Source: Patescibacteria group bacterium
GTDB taxonomy: Bacteria > Patescibacteriota > JACPGU01
Length of the DNA: 64,000 nucleotides
Assembly: GCA_041675145.1 (NCBI GenBank)
Contig: JBAYUK010000002.1
Span: forward strand, 152,530-216,529
Direction: 5' to 3'
The translations under genes were made by a program, and so were the position numbers. Every line of letters starts with the position of its first letter. Positions within the stretch are counted from its first letter, which is position 1. The notes beneath the pieces were generated by a model. It saw only the letters and a list, made by a program, of their open reading frames with translations, searched no databases and had not been told where the DNA came from. This document shows positions 19,243 through 28,492 of the stretch, one piece after another.

Positions 19243-20567
19243 GATATTCTGAGTATTTCATCCTCTAGTATTATTTTGTTCTTAAAGTTCTTCAATAGCT
19301 CTCGTTTTTCAGCTAGCATACCTTCTTTCAGAATGTACTTCGCATAGTTCTTGATATCTATTTCTGACACATCTACTTTCTTTTGTTTTTCATTATTTCC
19401 CAACACATGTGCTTGAAAGTTTCCGTATCGTTTGAGCTCATGTTTTACGCGTTCGTAAATACCCAGCTCGTTCATATCAATCTGGTCAATAATCTTTATT
19501 AACTCGCTGATAAGGTTAGTCTCATTGATGCTATTGCTGCAGCTCTTGTCTCTGCTTTTCGTGCAGGCATAGTAAATATGCTTATTGAACGACCCATTGA
19601 TCAGTTTCTTATACTTCTCATTAGCGGATATACCTGAGCCACATTTACCGCAGGTAAGTAATCGCGTGAAGGCGAATTCTTTTCCTGTTACTGCTGAGTT
19701 ATATCTTTCCTTGAGACACTTTTGTGCCTCGTCAAAGAGTTCTTTAGATATTAGTGGAGTATGTGCTCCCTGATACCAATTGCCACTTTTCTTCGGGTAT
19801 TCAAAGCTACCGTAGTAGAAGTGATTATTGAGGATGGTGTAGATGTTGCTGAGTGACAAATGTTTTCCGCTACTGGCTCTGAAGTCTTTTTCAAACTTTA
19901 ACCAGGCGTACATCTGTCTCCCGCTTATTCCCTGATACACGACTCGCTCAAATATCTCTCGAATAACTGGTGCTCGTTCCGGATCGAGGACAGGATCGCA
20001 CTTTTTCATTCGGTTAGGGTTGTTGAGGTACCCAGTAGGAGCTCGTGAAGGCCACATACCCATCTCACAGCGGGTTCTTAAACCTCGCTTCACATTCACT
20101 CCCTTGTTATCATTCTCGAGCTTGGCCTGAGAACCGAGGATCATGAGGAGAAACTTCTCATTCGGATTGTTAGAGAACTTTTGTCCGTAGGTTCTAATCT
20201 CAATGATCTTCTTCTGATCCATCATGTCGACGATGGAGCCGAGGTCTCCTGCGTTACGGCTCAAGCGGTCAGGCGCCCAGGTGAGAATAGAATTGTATGT
20301 ACCATTCCGAATACCGGCTATCATTTCGTTAAAGACCGGGCGTTGCCCGGTCTCTTTCGCTGAGTGACTTTCTCGCAAGATGTCGATAATCTCAATACCT
20401 TCTCGTTGGGCCAGGACCATCATCTCCTTGATTTGTGAATCAATGGACAGCGCCTGGCGCTCGTCTGACTCGGTTGACTTCCTCGCATAGAGGCAGTACT
20501 TGGTTTCTTCTGCTATTACGGTACTTGCTTGTGTTTGCATCATATCTAATGAATGACGCGAACCCAC
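19239..20567 (-). CDS. large serine recombinase (integrase)
   Basis: Resolvase catalytic domain YARKSTESDERQ...PDRLSRN, recombinase domain, C-terminal zinc-ribbon CGKCGSG...YYAC. Confidence 0.9.
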   Translation of the reverse strand: MGSRHSLDMMQTQASTVIAEETKYCLYARKSTESDERQALSIDSQIKEMMVLAQREGIEIIDILRESHSAKETGQRPVFNEMIAGIRNGTYNSILTWAPDRLSRNAGDLGSIVDMMDQKKIIEIRTYGQKFSNNPNEKFLLMILGSQAKLENDNKGVNVKRGLRTRCEMGMWPSRAPTGYLNNPNRMKKCDPVLDPERAPVIREIFERVVYQGISGRQMYAWLKFEKDFRASSGKHLSLSNIYTILNNHFYYGSFEYPKKSGNWYQGAHTPLISKELFDEAQKCLKERYNSAVTGKEFAFTRLLTCGKCGSGISANEKYKKLINGSFNKHIYYACTKSRDKSCSNSINETNLISELIKIIDQIDMNELGIYERVKHELKRYGNFQAHVLGNNEKQKKVDVSEIDIKNYAKYILKEGMLAEKRELLKNFKNKIILEDEILRIS

Positions 20568-20908
20568 CCAGTAGTCTAGGCTTATTATTCGTTGCTAATA
20601 AAAGCTCTTCGCAAGGCTCCAGATGTAAGCTAAGATACGTGGACTTTTGCCGTATTCGTGGTAAAATGACTTAACAATTGAGTAGTGCCTAACCCCGAAG
20701 TTTTCGCTTCGGATATGGCGCAAAACCCCCAACCAAGATACTGAACCCCGTGTTCAGCAACTCTTGGTTGGGTCATATCGGGAAACTGATATGGAGTCGC
20801 AAGACTCGGCTGGCGCGGGGCTTAGTGTATCTAAGCGTTGTTGCCAGCTACTTATTATAGAGAGCTGGATTTTTTTATTATTAACGCACAATACTAATAA
20901 CTACATAT

Positions 20909-21370
20909 ATGAGCAATACAACAAACGATAAAGAGTTTAAGGGGTATAACGGCACGCTAATACTCACCAATACAGGAATTATCATAAAGCGTGGCACGAA
21001 GGGATTCCTGCTCGGTGGCTTCCAGATGAGAGGAGACAAAACGATACCGTATAGCAGTATTGTGGCAGTACAGTTTAAGAAGGCTGGGTTATCTGCCGGT
21101 TATATCCAGTTTACTCTCAAGGGAGGATCAGAGGCAAAAGGCGGTTTGCTCCAGTCAACCAGAGATGAGAACAGTATTAATTTCCACTCCAATAGAAACA
21201 AAGAGTTTATTGAAGCAAAGGAGCTTATCGAACAGCGCATTGGTTCAGAAGGATCATCTGCTAGACCAAGCGAACTCGATGAGCTTACAAAACTCGCTAC
21301 TCTGAAAGACAAAGGCATTATTAATCAGAAAGAGTTTGACGCTAAGAAAAAACAGCTCCTTGGCTTATAA
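20909..21370 (+). CDS. PH-like (DUF4429-type) domain protein with C-terminal SHOCT domain
   Basis: C-terminal LKDKGIINQKEFDAKKKQLL matches the SHOCT pattern. Confidence 0.55.
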   Translation: MSNTTNDKEFKGYNGTLILTNTGIIIKRGTKGFLLGGFQMRGDKTIPYSSIVAVQFKKAGLSAGYIQFTLKGGSEAKGGLLQSTRDENSINFHSNRNKEFIEAKELIEQRIGSEGSSARPSELDELTKLATLKDKGIINQKEFDAKKKQLLGL

Positions 21371-21392
21371 TAATCATTAGTAACTCACCACA

Positions 21393-22055
21393 ATGGCATT
21401 TATCAATGGCTTCTTTTCGTTCCTATTCTTTATTTCGTTTATTTTATTGATTGTGGGGCTAATTGCTCCTAAGAAAGTAAGTAGGCTTTTGAAGAAAGAT
21501 TGGGACCGCAAGATGATCGCAAAAACTATCGGTCTGGTCTCGTTGGCATCCTTCGTTATTGCAGTGGCTACTACGCCCGCTGTTCCGGTATCTCCAAAAG
21601 CTACTAAAACGTCTACAGTTACTGAAACCACTGAGCAGGTTCAGGCAATAAATGTAGAGGAGCCACAAGAAATTGTGTCAGAGGAAGTTAAAGAAGCGGC
21701 CAAGGATTCAGCAGTAAGTGAAACTAAGCCAGCAACATCATCGCCGACTCCTCAAAAGACCACCAACTCGAGTCCTGCTCAAACGACCACTTCTCCTACG
21801 CCAGCGACATCGAGCCCTACACCAACTCCACAACCAGCACCAACAACCCCCGCGCCTACTCAACCAGCACCACAACCAGCACCAGTTCCATCTGGTCACA
21901 CGTTTTATACCAGTTCGCACTATAGCGCAAAATTATATTACTGTGATACAGATGAAGGGTGGAGAGGCCTTTCACCAAGTTATCTCAAATCTTTTCCTAG
22001 CGCCGAAGCATTATTGAAAGTATACCCAAGAACACTTCACGAGCCGTGTAAATAA
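21393..22055 (+). CDS. secreted/anchored Pro-Thr-rich protein with conserved Cys-containing C-terminal domain (paralog of the next gene)
   Basis: N-terminal TM, PT-rich linker, C-terminal HTFYTSSHYSAKLYYCDTDEGWRGLSPSYLKSFPSAEALLKVYPRTLHEPCK. Confidence 0.6.
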   Translation: MAFINGFFSFLFFISFILLIVGLIAPKKVSRLLKKDWDRKMIAKTIGLVSLASFVIAVATTPAVPVSPKATKTSTVTETTEQVQAINVEEPQEIVSEEVKEAAKDSAVSETKPATSSPTPQKTTNSSPAQTTTSPTPATSSPTPTPQPAPTTPAPTQPAPQPAPVPSGHTFYTSSHYSAKLYYCDTDEGWRGLSPSYLKSFPSAEALLKVYPRTLHEPCK

Positions 22056-22058
22056 AGT

Positions 22059-23189
22059 ATGGAAAGTAGCGCTTTAACCCTTTTATTCTTCTTACTGTTT
22101 ATAGCTTCAGTTGTATTACTGATTGCTGGATTAATATGGCCGCCGATTCTCAAGCGACTTATTAAGTCTGTTCCCACTAGAAAAGCAATAGCCTTATTCT
22201 TCTCGGGGCTAATAGTGACTTCTTTCATTGGAGTAGCGGTCTTCGTTCCGCATAGTAATAGTAGAATAACTGCTGATACTGTTTCAGAGGAAAAAACAAA
22301 CATAGAGCAAGAAGCTCAAGGCGTACCTGTTAGCACCCAAGACGGTGTCGGTGCTGGCACTATTGAAGAAGTTACTGCCGAGAAAACGGTGCGGTCACTT
22401 CCTGATCAAGCTTCTAGTAGCACAAAAACAGCGACACCGACGCCCGCGCCGAGCCAACCAACTTCAGCACCCGCCAAGCCCGCGCCGAGCCAAGTTCCAG
22501 TAGTTGCACCACCTGCACCCACACCAGCCACGACCACGTACTTCTCAGTCGTTTCCGTAACTGACGGAGATACTTTTAAAGTATCTATAGATGGGAAGAC
22601 TGATACTATACGTATTATCGGTGTAGATACTCCAGAAACTGTTGATCCAAGAAAACCCGTGCAATGTTTTGGGGTAGAAGCTTCAAGCAGAGCCAAGGCT
22701 TTACTTACTGGAAAGAAAGTAAGATTGGAGTCGGATAGTGTCTCGGGTGATCGAGACAAGTATAACCGCTTGCTTCGTTATGTGTGGCTCGAGGATGGTA
22801 CTTTTTTTAACGAGACCATGATATCCGAAGGATACGCCTTCGAATACACTTATCAAAGTCAGGCATATGTGTACCAGTCTGAATTCAAGAAAGCTGAACA
22901 GAACGCAAAGAATTCAAAGCTAGGACTTTGGGCGGATAATGCCTGTAATCAGACAACGCAATCTGCCGTAGTGCCACCTGTAGTTTCGCCTCCCGCAACA
23001 GCTCAGCCCGTACCTACTACAACATCTTCGCATGTATTTTATACGAGCTCATATCATACTGCTCAATATTACTATTGCGATACTGACAACGGATGGAAGG
23101 GTCTTTCGCCGAGTTATCTTAAATCATTCCCAAGTGCTGAGGCGTTACTGAAGGTATACTCGAGAACACTTCACGAACCCTGTAAGTAG
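22059..23189 (+). CDS. secreted thermonuclease (staphylococcal nuclease fold) with the same C-terminal domain
   Basis: SNase core DGDTFKV...IRIIGVDTPE...RLLRYVW...GYA; C-terminal HVFYTSSYHTAQYYYCDTDNGWKGLSPSYLKSFPSAEALLKVYSRTLHEPCK. Confidence 0.8.
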   Translation: MESSALTLLFFLLFIASVVLLIAGLIWPPILKRLIKSVPTRKAIALFFSGLIVTSFIGVAVFVPHSNSRITADTVSEEKTNIEQEAQGVPVSTQDGVGAGTIEEVTAEKTVRSLPDQASSSTKTATPTPAPSQPTSAPAKPAPSQVPVVAPPAPTPATTTYFSVVSVTDGDTFKVSIDGKTDTIRIIGVDTPETVDPRKPVQCFGVEASSRAKALLTGKKVRLESDSVSGDRDKYNRLLRYVWLEDGTFFNETMISEGYAFEYTYQSQAYVYQSEFKKAEQNAKNSKLGLWADNACNQTTQSAVVPPVVSPPATAQPVPTTTSSHVFYTSSYHTAQYYYCDTDNGWKGLSPSYLKSFPSAEALLKVYSRTLHEPCK

Positions 23190-23636
23190 CTATTCTGATA
23201 TGCCCTTTTCCTCTTCAGCCATCTCCTTATGAAGCTTTAGTGCCCATTCTGCGATCGTCTCCGGTGGCGTTTCATTGATGATTATGGAGTGTACTGGAAC
23301 GAATGACTCAACATCTTTTGTAGGTACTTTGGGTGTATACTCCGGGTCTCTGCTCTTAAGCTGAAATACGATAGCCTGCATATTGCCTTCTTTTATCTTT
23401 TGCGTTAAGGCAGACTTAGCAAGATCGTTTAATGCAGCTCTTCCGAGTTTACGCGCCTTGGTTACTTCATCTGCAAGATCCATATCTTCTTCGATCCAGC
23501 GATAGAATGTTGCACGGGAGACGCCTGCCTTTTTGCATACTATGGATATATTGTCGAGTTCACTTAACAAGGCAAGAATCTCTTTCTTGTTTTTAGCAAT
23601 TCTTTTTTGGTCAGTTTTAGCTTTCTTGTCTTCCAT
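23190..23636 (-). CDS. HTH protein resembling phage terminase small subunit
   Basis: CKKAGVSRATFYRWIEED helix-turn-helix near the N-terminus; located next to two DNA methyltransferases as in phage packaging modules. Confidence 0.45.
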   Translation of the reverse strand: MEDKKAKTDQKRIAKNKKEILALLSELDNISIVCKKAGVSRATFYRWIEEDMDLADEVTKARKLGRAALNDLAKSALTQKIKEGNMQAIVFQLKSRDPEYTPKVPTKDVESFVPVHSIIINETPPETIAEWALKLHKEMAEEEKGISE

Positions 23637-24381
23637 GAGCTTTTTTACCCGTTAACTTTTCCCACCGTTGAACGATCGTAGCGCAGTACTCCAAATCCTG
23701 CTCGACCATAACACACTTCCGCTTCGTATGCTCGCACGCAACTATTGTGGTTCCTGATCCACCGAATGGGTCGTACACCACATCTCCCACCTCAGTGCAG
23801 TTTAGAATGAGCTTACGAATGAGGCCGACTGGCTTCATGGTGGGGTGGAGCTTGCTCTGTTGTGGCTTGGGCGCAAACAACACCGACTTATCTTTACTAT
23901 GCTTGAAGTCATGCGTACCATACCAGCCATAGAGGATTAGTTCGTGTTGCGGGAGATAGTCAAGTCGACCAATGACAGGTTTGTCTTTGACCCAAATAAG
24001 CAACTGCGCTACTTTGATCTTCATATCTACGCAGGCTTGGCGCAGGGCAAAGACCATCTTGTCTGAATTGAAGATGTAGATACTATTCTTCTTCGTGAGA
24101 TACGGCAGCGCGGGACCAAGCCACCCTTGCGTAAAGGTCGCGTACTGCGCATCTGACATATGCCCGTCATTTTGGATATCTTTATCTTTGGATACTTTTT
24201 GTAAATCTCGCTTGCTGGCGACATAGTCGATACCGTACGGCGGATCCGTGATAATAGCGTTGATCTTGCCATCTTTCAGGATAGCCTTCAGATCTAAGGT
24301 ACTGGCATCCCCACAGACTAAGGTGTGGTCACCGAGCTGGATAATATCCCCGGACTTAATTGAGTTTGATGGCTGTGTCAT
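23617..24381 (-). CDS. DNA (N6-adenine/N4-cytosine) methyltransferase, beta class
   Basis: Motif IV IITDPPYGIDY before motif I VYDPFGGSGTT; start placed at MTQPS (24381) with GGGAGAA upstream rather than the longer ORF from 24438. Confidence 0.85.
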   Translation of the reverse strand: MTQPSNSIKSGDIIQLGDHTLVCGDASTLDLKAILKDGKINAIITDPPYGIDYVASKRDLQKVSKDKDIQNDGHMSDAQYATFTQGWLGPALPYLTKKNSIYIFNSDKMVFALRQACVDMKIKVAQLLIWVKDKPVIGRLDYLPQHELILYGWYGTHDFKHSKDKSVLFAPKPQQSKLHPTMKPVGLIRKLILNCTEVGDVVYDPFGGSGTTIVACEHTKRKCVMVEQDLEYCATIVQRWEKLTGKKAHGRQES

Positions 24382-25630
24382 TGGTAAGGTTCTCCCAGCG
24401 GTTAATAATAAGTTGGCAAAAAACAGGACTTTGCTCAATCAGATACGCGACACGCTTTAGTTGTTCGCAGGCGAGCAAAGTTGAGCCACTCCCACCGAAT
24501 AGATCGAGTACCGTATCGCCGATCTTGGTACAGCGCATCAGCGGTCGCTCGTGTAAAGTGAGTGGCTTCTGGGTGGGGTGATTGTAGTCGTCACTCGCAT
24601 CTCGCTTAACCAACCAAATGTCGATCAGGTCGGCGACATCATCAAGAGTGGCATTGCCAATGCCGACTTCAGTATTTAAGATCTCCGCAAACTTGGTATG
24701 TTTATCCGACAAGTACGGTTTTCCCACCGTGCCATAGACACACGGTTCATACAACTTCGAGAAGGCTATCTGCGGAGTCGGATTAATACCGTTCTTAATC
24801 CACAAACACGTCCGTTGGTATTTGATTCCCAGCTCCTCGTATACCGATTGCACCATCCCGACGTAGCGCTCATCACACCACCAGAATAGATGCGTATCTT
24901 TTTGCGCAACACCCAGGGCGTTACCTAAAGTCTGCTTCGTAAAGAGTCGGAACGCATCGTCGGACAAGGAATCGTTAACTGCGCCACCATAGTTAGCTTT
25001 GCCGCCAATCCCTTTGTTATAGTCGAGGCTAATATTGTATGGGCTGTCGCAATACACCATATGTACTCGTGTTTCGCCAACTAACTTTTGTACAGCTTCC
25101 ATGTCGGTGCTATCTCCGCACAGTAACCGGTGATTGCCCAGCTGAAACAGGTCACCGGACTGGATGTCTGTAGTTAGCGCTTTCTCGATCTCTTCCTCCT
25201 CATTGAAGCTGTCGTCTTCCAATTCCAGAACATCGTCCCAGATACTGGAAAGATCGGTATCGTCAAAGCCGATATCGAGTAAGAATTCGGTATCGAATTC
25301 CTTGAGGAGATCAAAATTCCACGAACCCGTATTGCGGTTGGAGCGCAGTAAATATTCGTCGAATTCTTTTTGATCAAGTAATCGACTCGGTACTCGCACA
25401 TCGATTAGTTCTTCGCCACGACCCAGTTCACGCAGGATAAAGAGTCGTTGGTGACCAGCAATCACTGTGTTATCTAAGTTGATCGCTGGAATTTCAACGA
25501 GGTCAAACTTCGTAATACTTTTTGTCAGATCCTTTTTCTGCTGCGCGCTCAAGGTACGCGGGTTCTTGGAATAGGGCACCAAATCTGAGACTTTACGTTT
25601 TTCTGTGTGCCACTGAATAGATTTTTTCAT
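24356..25630 (-). CDS. ParB-N-like domain fused to DNA methyltransferase
   Basis: N-terminal ParB-like nuclease domain (...IAGHQRL...), CDSPYNISLDY (DPPY-type) and LDLFGGSGSTL; start at MKKSIQW (25630) preceded by AGGAGA SD; the longer ORF start at 25675 lies inside an upstream terminator hairpin. Confidence 0.85.
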   Translation of the reverse strand: MKKSIQWHTEKRKVSDLVPYSKNPRTLSAQQKKDLTKSITKFDLVEIPAINLDNTVIAGHQRLFILRELGRGEELIDVRVPSRLLDQKEFDEYLLRSNRNTGSWNFDLLKEFDTEFLLDIGFDDTDLSSIWDDVLELEDDSFNEEEEIEKALTTDIQSGDLFQLGNHRLLCGDSTDMEAVQKLVGETRVHMVYCDSPYNISLDYNKGIGGKANYGGAVNDSLSDDAFRLFTKQTLGNALGVAQKDTHLFWWCDERYVGMVQSVYEELGIKYQRTCLWIKNGINPTPQIAFSKLYEPCVYGTVGKPYLSDKHTKFAEILNTEVGIGNATLDDVADLIDIWLVKRDASDDYNHPTQKPLTLHERPLMRCTKIGDTVLDLFGGSGSTLLACEQLKRVAYLIEQSPVFCQLIINRWENLTNDTAIKLN

Positions 25631-25654
25631 AATATATTCTCCTAAATTTACCAA

Positions 25655-25730
25655 TAAAAAATGCCCACTCTGCAAAATAACAAACCAGGAAGATTTACTC
25701 CCTAAATTTATTTTTCTGCAAAGTGGGCAC
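25655..25730 (-). terminator. large-loop intrinsic terminator for the 117-aa gene
   Basis: Inverted arms atgcccactctgcaaaata / ttttctgcaaagtgggcac followed on the minus strand by TTTTTTATT. Confidence 0.5.
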
Positions 25731-25805
25731 GACCGAGGCGAAGCCTCTCTGGTGTCTTACGACACCTTCTATCACCCGAAGGTGAAATACGTGATACTCA
25801 CTGTG

Positions 25806-26159
25806 TTATCTACTGCTCGATTGTAAAAATGCTGTCAACTCGTTAGGGCGATGTGCCTTCAGAAATTCTATCGCATCTTTTCCAAGAAATACCGGCGCGC
25901 CACCCTCCGGCATACGAATACGAAGTTTTTTACCTTGTTTCTTTGCCAAAGCATGGGCACGTTCAATCTCAGGATTATGGAAAATAACTCGAACCGTATC
26001 TTTACTACCCTCGATCTGCTTGATGTCCGTACTATACGCACGCTGTTCTGTCTTGGTATTGATCGATCGCTCAATAACGCGACCAACAGATTTTGGTTTG
26101 CGCGGCAGCTGAACATTCAGCTCGAGGTCATAAATGTATACATCGATAAACTCTTCCAT
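25806..26159 (-). CDS. hypothetical protein, divergent from the repressor gene
   Basis: ORF only. Confidence 0.45.
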   Translation of the reverse strand: MEEFIDVYIYDLELNVQLPRKPKSVGRVIERSINTKTEQRAYSTDIKQIEGSKDTVRVIFHNPEIERAHALAKKQGKKLRIRMPEGGAPVFLGKDAIEFLKAHRPNELTAFLQSSSR

Positions 26160-26267
26160 ATCCGTATACTAGCACGAAGGGAAAGTGGGTGTCAAGCGTG
26201 AAACATATGTTACGGCTCTTTACGAAAAAGTTATTGAAAGTTCAAAAAAGTATGTTATTATTCAAGT

Positions 26268-26918
26268 ATGAATCCTATCCAAAATGAATTGATGACCCTA
26301 GCCAAAGACCACGATCTCGGTAAAATGAGTTATCGTCAGATAGCAAAACTGATCGGAAAAGAAGGCAGGCCTCAGCTAGTGAAGCATCATCTTGAACAAC
26401 TTGATAGGCAGGGATTAATGCAGGTCAATCTGAAAGAAAAGGTAATTCGCCTGGTCAAGAAAGGGTTCAATAAAACTAAAACAGAAAATTCGTTTTACTC
26501 GTTACCAATTGTTGGTTCGGCGAATTGTGGTCCAGCTACCATATTCGCTGACGAGAGCGTCCAGGGATATTTGAGAGTTTCAGCAAATGTGTTACCTCGA
26601 AAAAAACAGGACCTGTATGTGCTCGTAGCAGATGGCGGATCAATGGATCGGGCTTCTCTTAAAAAAGGAGGTCCTACTATTGAGGATGGCGATTTCGTGG
26701 TTGTAGATAGCTCAAAAGTCAGTCCAAAAGATGGTGAAGTTGTGGTGGCGGTTATTGATCGCATGGCGACTATTAAGCGCTACAAAAAAGATCCAAAGAA
26801 TCACCGCATTATCCTTCAGCCCGAATCAACAGAGAACTATTTCCCAATCATTGTGCAGCAAGGTGATAACTTTCAAGTCAGCGGAACAGTCATCGACATC
26901 ATCAAGAAAGCAAAGTAA
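26268..26918 (+). CDS. LexA/CI-like repressor (winged HTH + S24 peptidase domain)
   Basis: N-terminal HTH YRQIAKLIGK...; C-terminal VADGGSMD (Ser nucleophile) and ...ATIKRY (Lys). Confidence 0.75.
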   Translation: MNPIQNELMTLAKDHDLGKMSYRQIAKLIGKEGRPQLVKHHLEQLDRQGLMQVNLKEKVIRLVKKGFNKTKTENSFYSLPIVGSANCGPATIFADESVQGYLRVSANVLPRKKQDLYVLVADGGSMDRASLKKGGPTIEDGDFVVVDSSKVSPKDGEVVVAVIDRMATIKRYKKDPKNHRIILQPESTENYFPIIVQQGDNFQVSGTVIDIIKKAK

Positions 26919-26966
26919 TTTTGCCTATGGTCGATATTATTAGTAGTGATTAGAAAGGTGGTATTC

Positions 26967-27107
26967 ATGACTAACACTAAAAAGGTGAAGTTGCCAAAAA
27001 GTGCTGTGACCGGACGTATCGTAACATCGGCATATGCAAAGGCACATCCAAACACAACCGTTTTCCAAACAGTTGTGAAGAAGCAAGCATCAGGTAAGAA
27101 AAAATAA
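26967..27107 (+). CDS. small basic protein (46 aa), hypothetical
   Basis: AAAGGTGG SD-like sequence 7 nt upstream of ATG; not in the ORF track because it is under 60 aa. Confidence 0.3.
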   Translation: MTNTKKVKLPKSAVTGRIVTSAYAKAHPNTTVFQTVVKKQASGKKK

Positions 27108-27198
27108 ACAGGCTGAATGGGAAAAGTTATCGAGTAGTACGCGTTTGAGAAGATTGTTTCTTTATCTTCAATTACGGCCGAAAGGTATGCCTGCCCAT

Positions 27199-27228
27199 CA
27201 GAAATCGATCTGCAAGGATCGATTTCTG
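27199..27228 (+). promoter_or_regulatory. perfect 12-bp inverted repeat CAGAAATCGATC-N6-GATCGATTTCTG, candidate operator
   Basis: 35 nt upstream of the 27263 gene start, no T-tract, contains two GATC sites. Confidence 0.4.
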
Positions 27229-27262
27229 ATTCAAATCATATCTACCCTATAAATATTAACTT

Positions 27263-28210
27263 ATGGCAAACAAGAAGTTTTTAGAAGAATATCCACTATA
27301 CAAGAAGTATGAAACCGCATGGAATCAGGAAGAGCACGACTATTCATGGATGACCCTCGGTAAGCTTCCCGAACCAGCGATCCATATGTATTGCACTGTT
27401 TGTGATTCTGATCAAACATTCAATATGCGTAACGAGTATTATGACGATAGCTATATGGGGCTTGAGAGGAATAATACAGAATTTCAAAAGTATGCCGAGG
27501 AGGTGAAGTTAGTATATTGTGAGAAAATTCCTGCAGCAGGAAAGGTGCTCCGGAGTGACTATTTGTGTTCGGCTTGCGGTAAAGGGAGGATGATATTCCT
27601 TATTTATTTCTTTAGGGAAAAGATTGGTTCAAGATCTGTTCTATGCATGATGAAGGTTGGCCAAACTCCTCCTTGGAGCATAGTAGTAAATAAAGAGATG
27701 GAGAAGCTTTTGGGTAGTAACGCAGAGCACTATAAGAAAGGGTTGATTTGTGAATCACAGTCTTACGGTATTGGTGCATACGCCTATTTCAGAAGAATCA
27801 CCGAGACTATTATTGATGAACTATTGGACTCTATTTCGGATTTGTTAGAAGGTAAAGAAAAGGAGCTATATGCTGATGCGCTTGCAAAAACGAAAGCCAC
27901 TCGAGTGACTCAAGATAAGATAGATTTAGTTAAACACCTGTTGCCAGTTTCTTTACGACCTGACGGTCTTAATCCGCTTGATATTCTTCATTCTGCGCTG
28001 AGTCAAGGGCTACACGTAGAAGACGATGAGGTATGTCTAGAACAAGCAGAGGCCATAAAGAAGGTATTGGTCTTTCTAGTCAGCCAGATTATTAAGAAGA
28101 AAGATGAAGCCAAGGAATTTACTAAAGGCATGAGAGAGATACTAAACAAGAAGTCGAAACCTACCGTTGTTGAGGATGGGAAAGAAAAAAAGGCAGATGA
28201 ATCAGAATAG
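27263..28210 (+). CDS. hypothetical protein with N-terminal Cys4 zinc-ribbon-like motif
   Basis: CTVCDSD...CSACGKG; lysine-rich C-terminus. Confidence 0.5.
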   Translation: MANKKFLEEYPLYKKYETAWNQEEHDYSWMTLGKLPEPAIHMYCTVCDSDQTFNMRNEYYDDSYMGLERNNTEFQKYAEEVKLVYCEKIPAAGKVLRSDYLCSACGKGRMIFLIYFFREKIGSRSVLCMMKVGQTPPWSIVVNKEMEKLLGSNAEHYKKGLICESQSYGIGAYAYFRRITETIIDELLDSISDLLEGKEKELYADALAKTKATRVTQDKIDLVKHLLPVSLRPDGLNPLDILHSALSQGLHVEDDEVCLEQAEAIKKVLVFLVSQIIKKKDEAKEFTKGMREILNKKSKPTVVEDGKEKKADESE

Positions 28211-28291
28211 TTATTATGTGGCTATAATAAGCTATTTAAGTCAATAATTACTTACTCTCAAAAATGAGTCAGAGGTGTCTCATTTGTCTCA

Positions 28292-28492
28292 TTTACCCTA
28301 GACCGAGACCCCTCAGATTACATAACTTAAAACCTACTGGAAAAGCCCTCAACTGACCCGATTATGGAGGTTATAGACCGAGACTGCCAGCTTTCCAGGG
28401 CACCCGACCGAGAGGGGTCAGGAGCCCTACTAGGCTACAGAGTTTCTCTAAAGTCTAGATAAGAAAAACCATCCGAAAGGATGGTTTTTCTT
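28292..28492 (+). repeat. copy C of the island repeat family
   Basis: Full 5' and 3' modules; 3' module identical to copy E over 45 nt; terminator ccatccgaaaggatgg + T-tract. Confidence 0.85.

Noticed and set aside
25726-25760. gggcacgaccgaggcgaagcctctctgg resembling the repeat 3' module (gggcacccgaccgagagg)
   Set aside because: Only ~14 nt shared and no flanking module similarity; this is probably a chance match or at most a very decayed relic.
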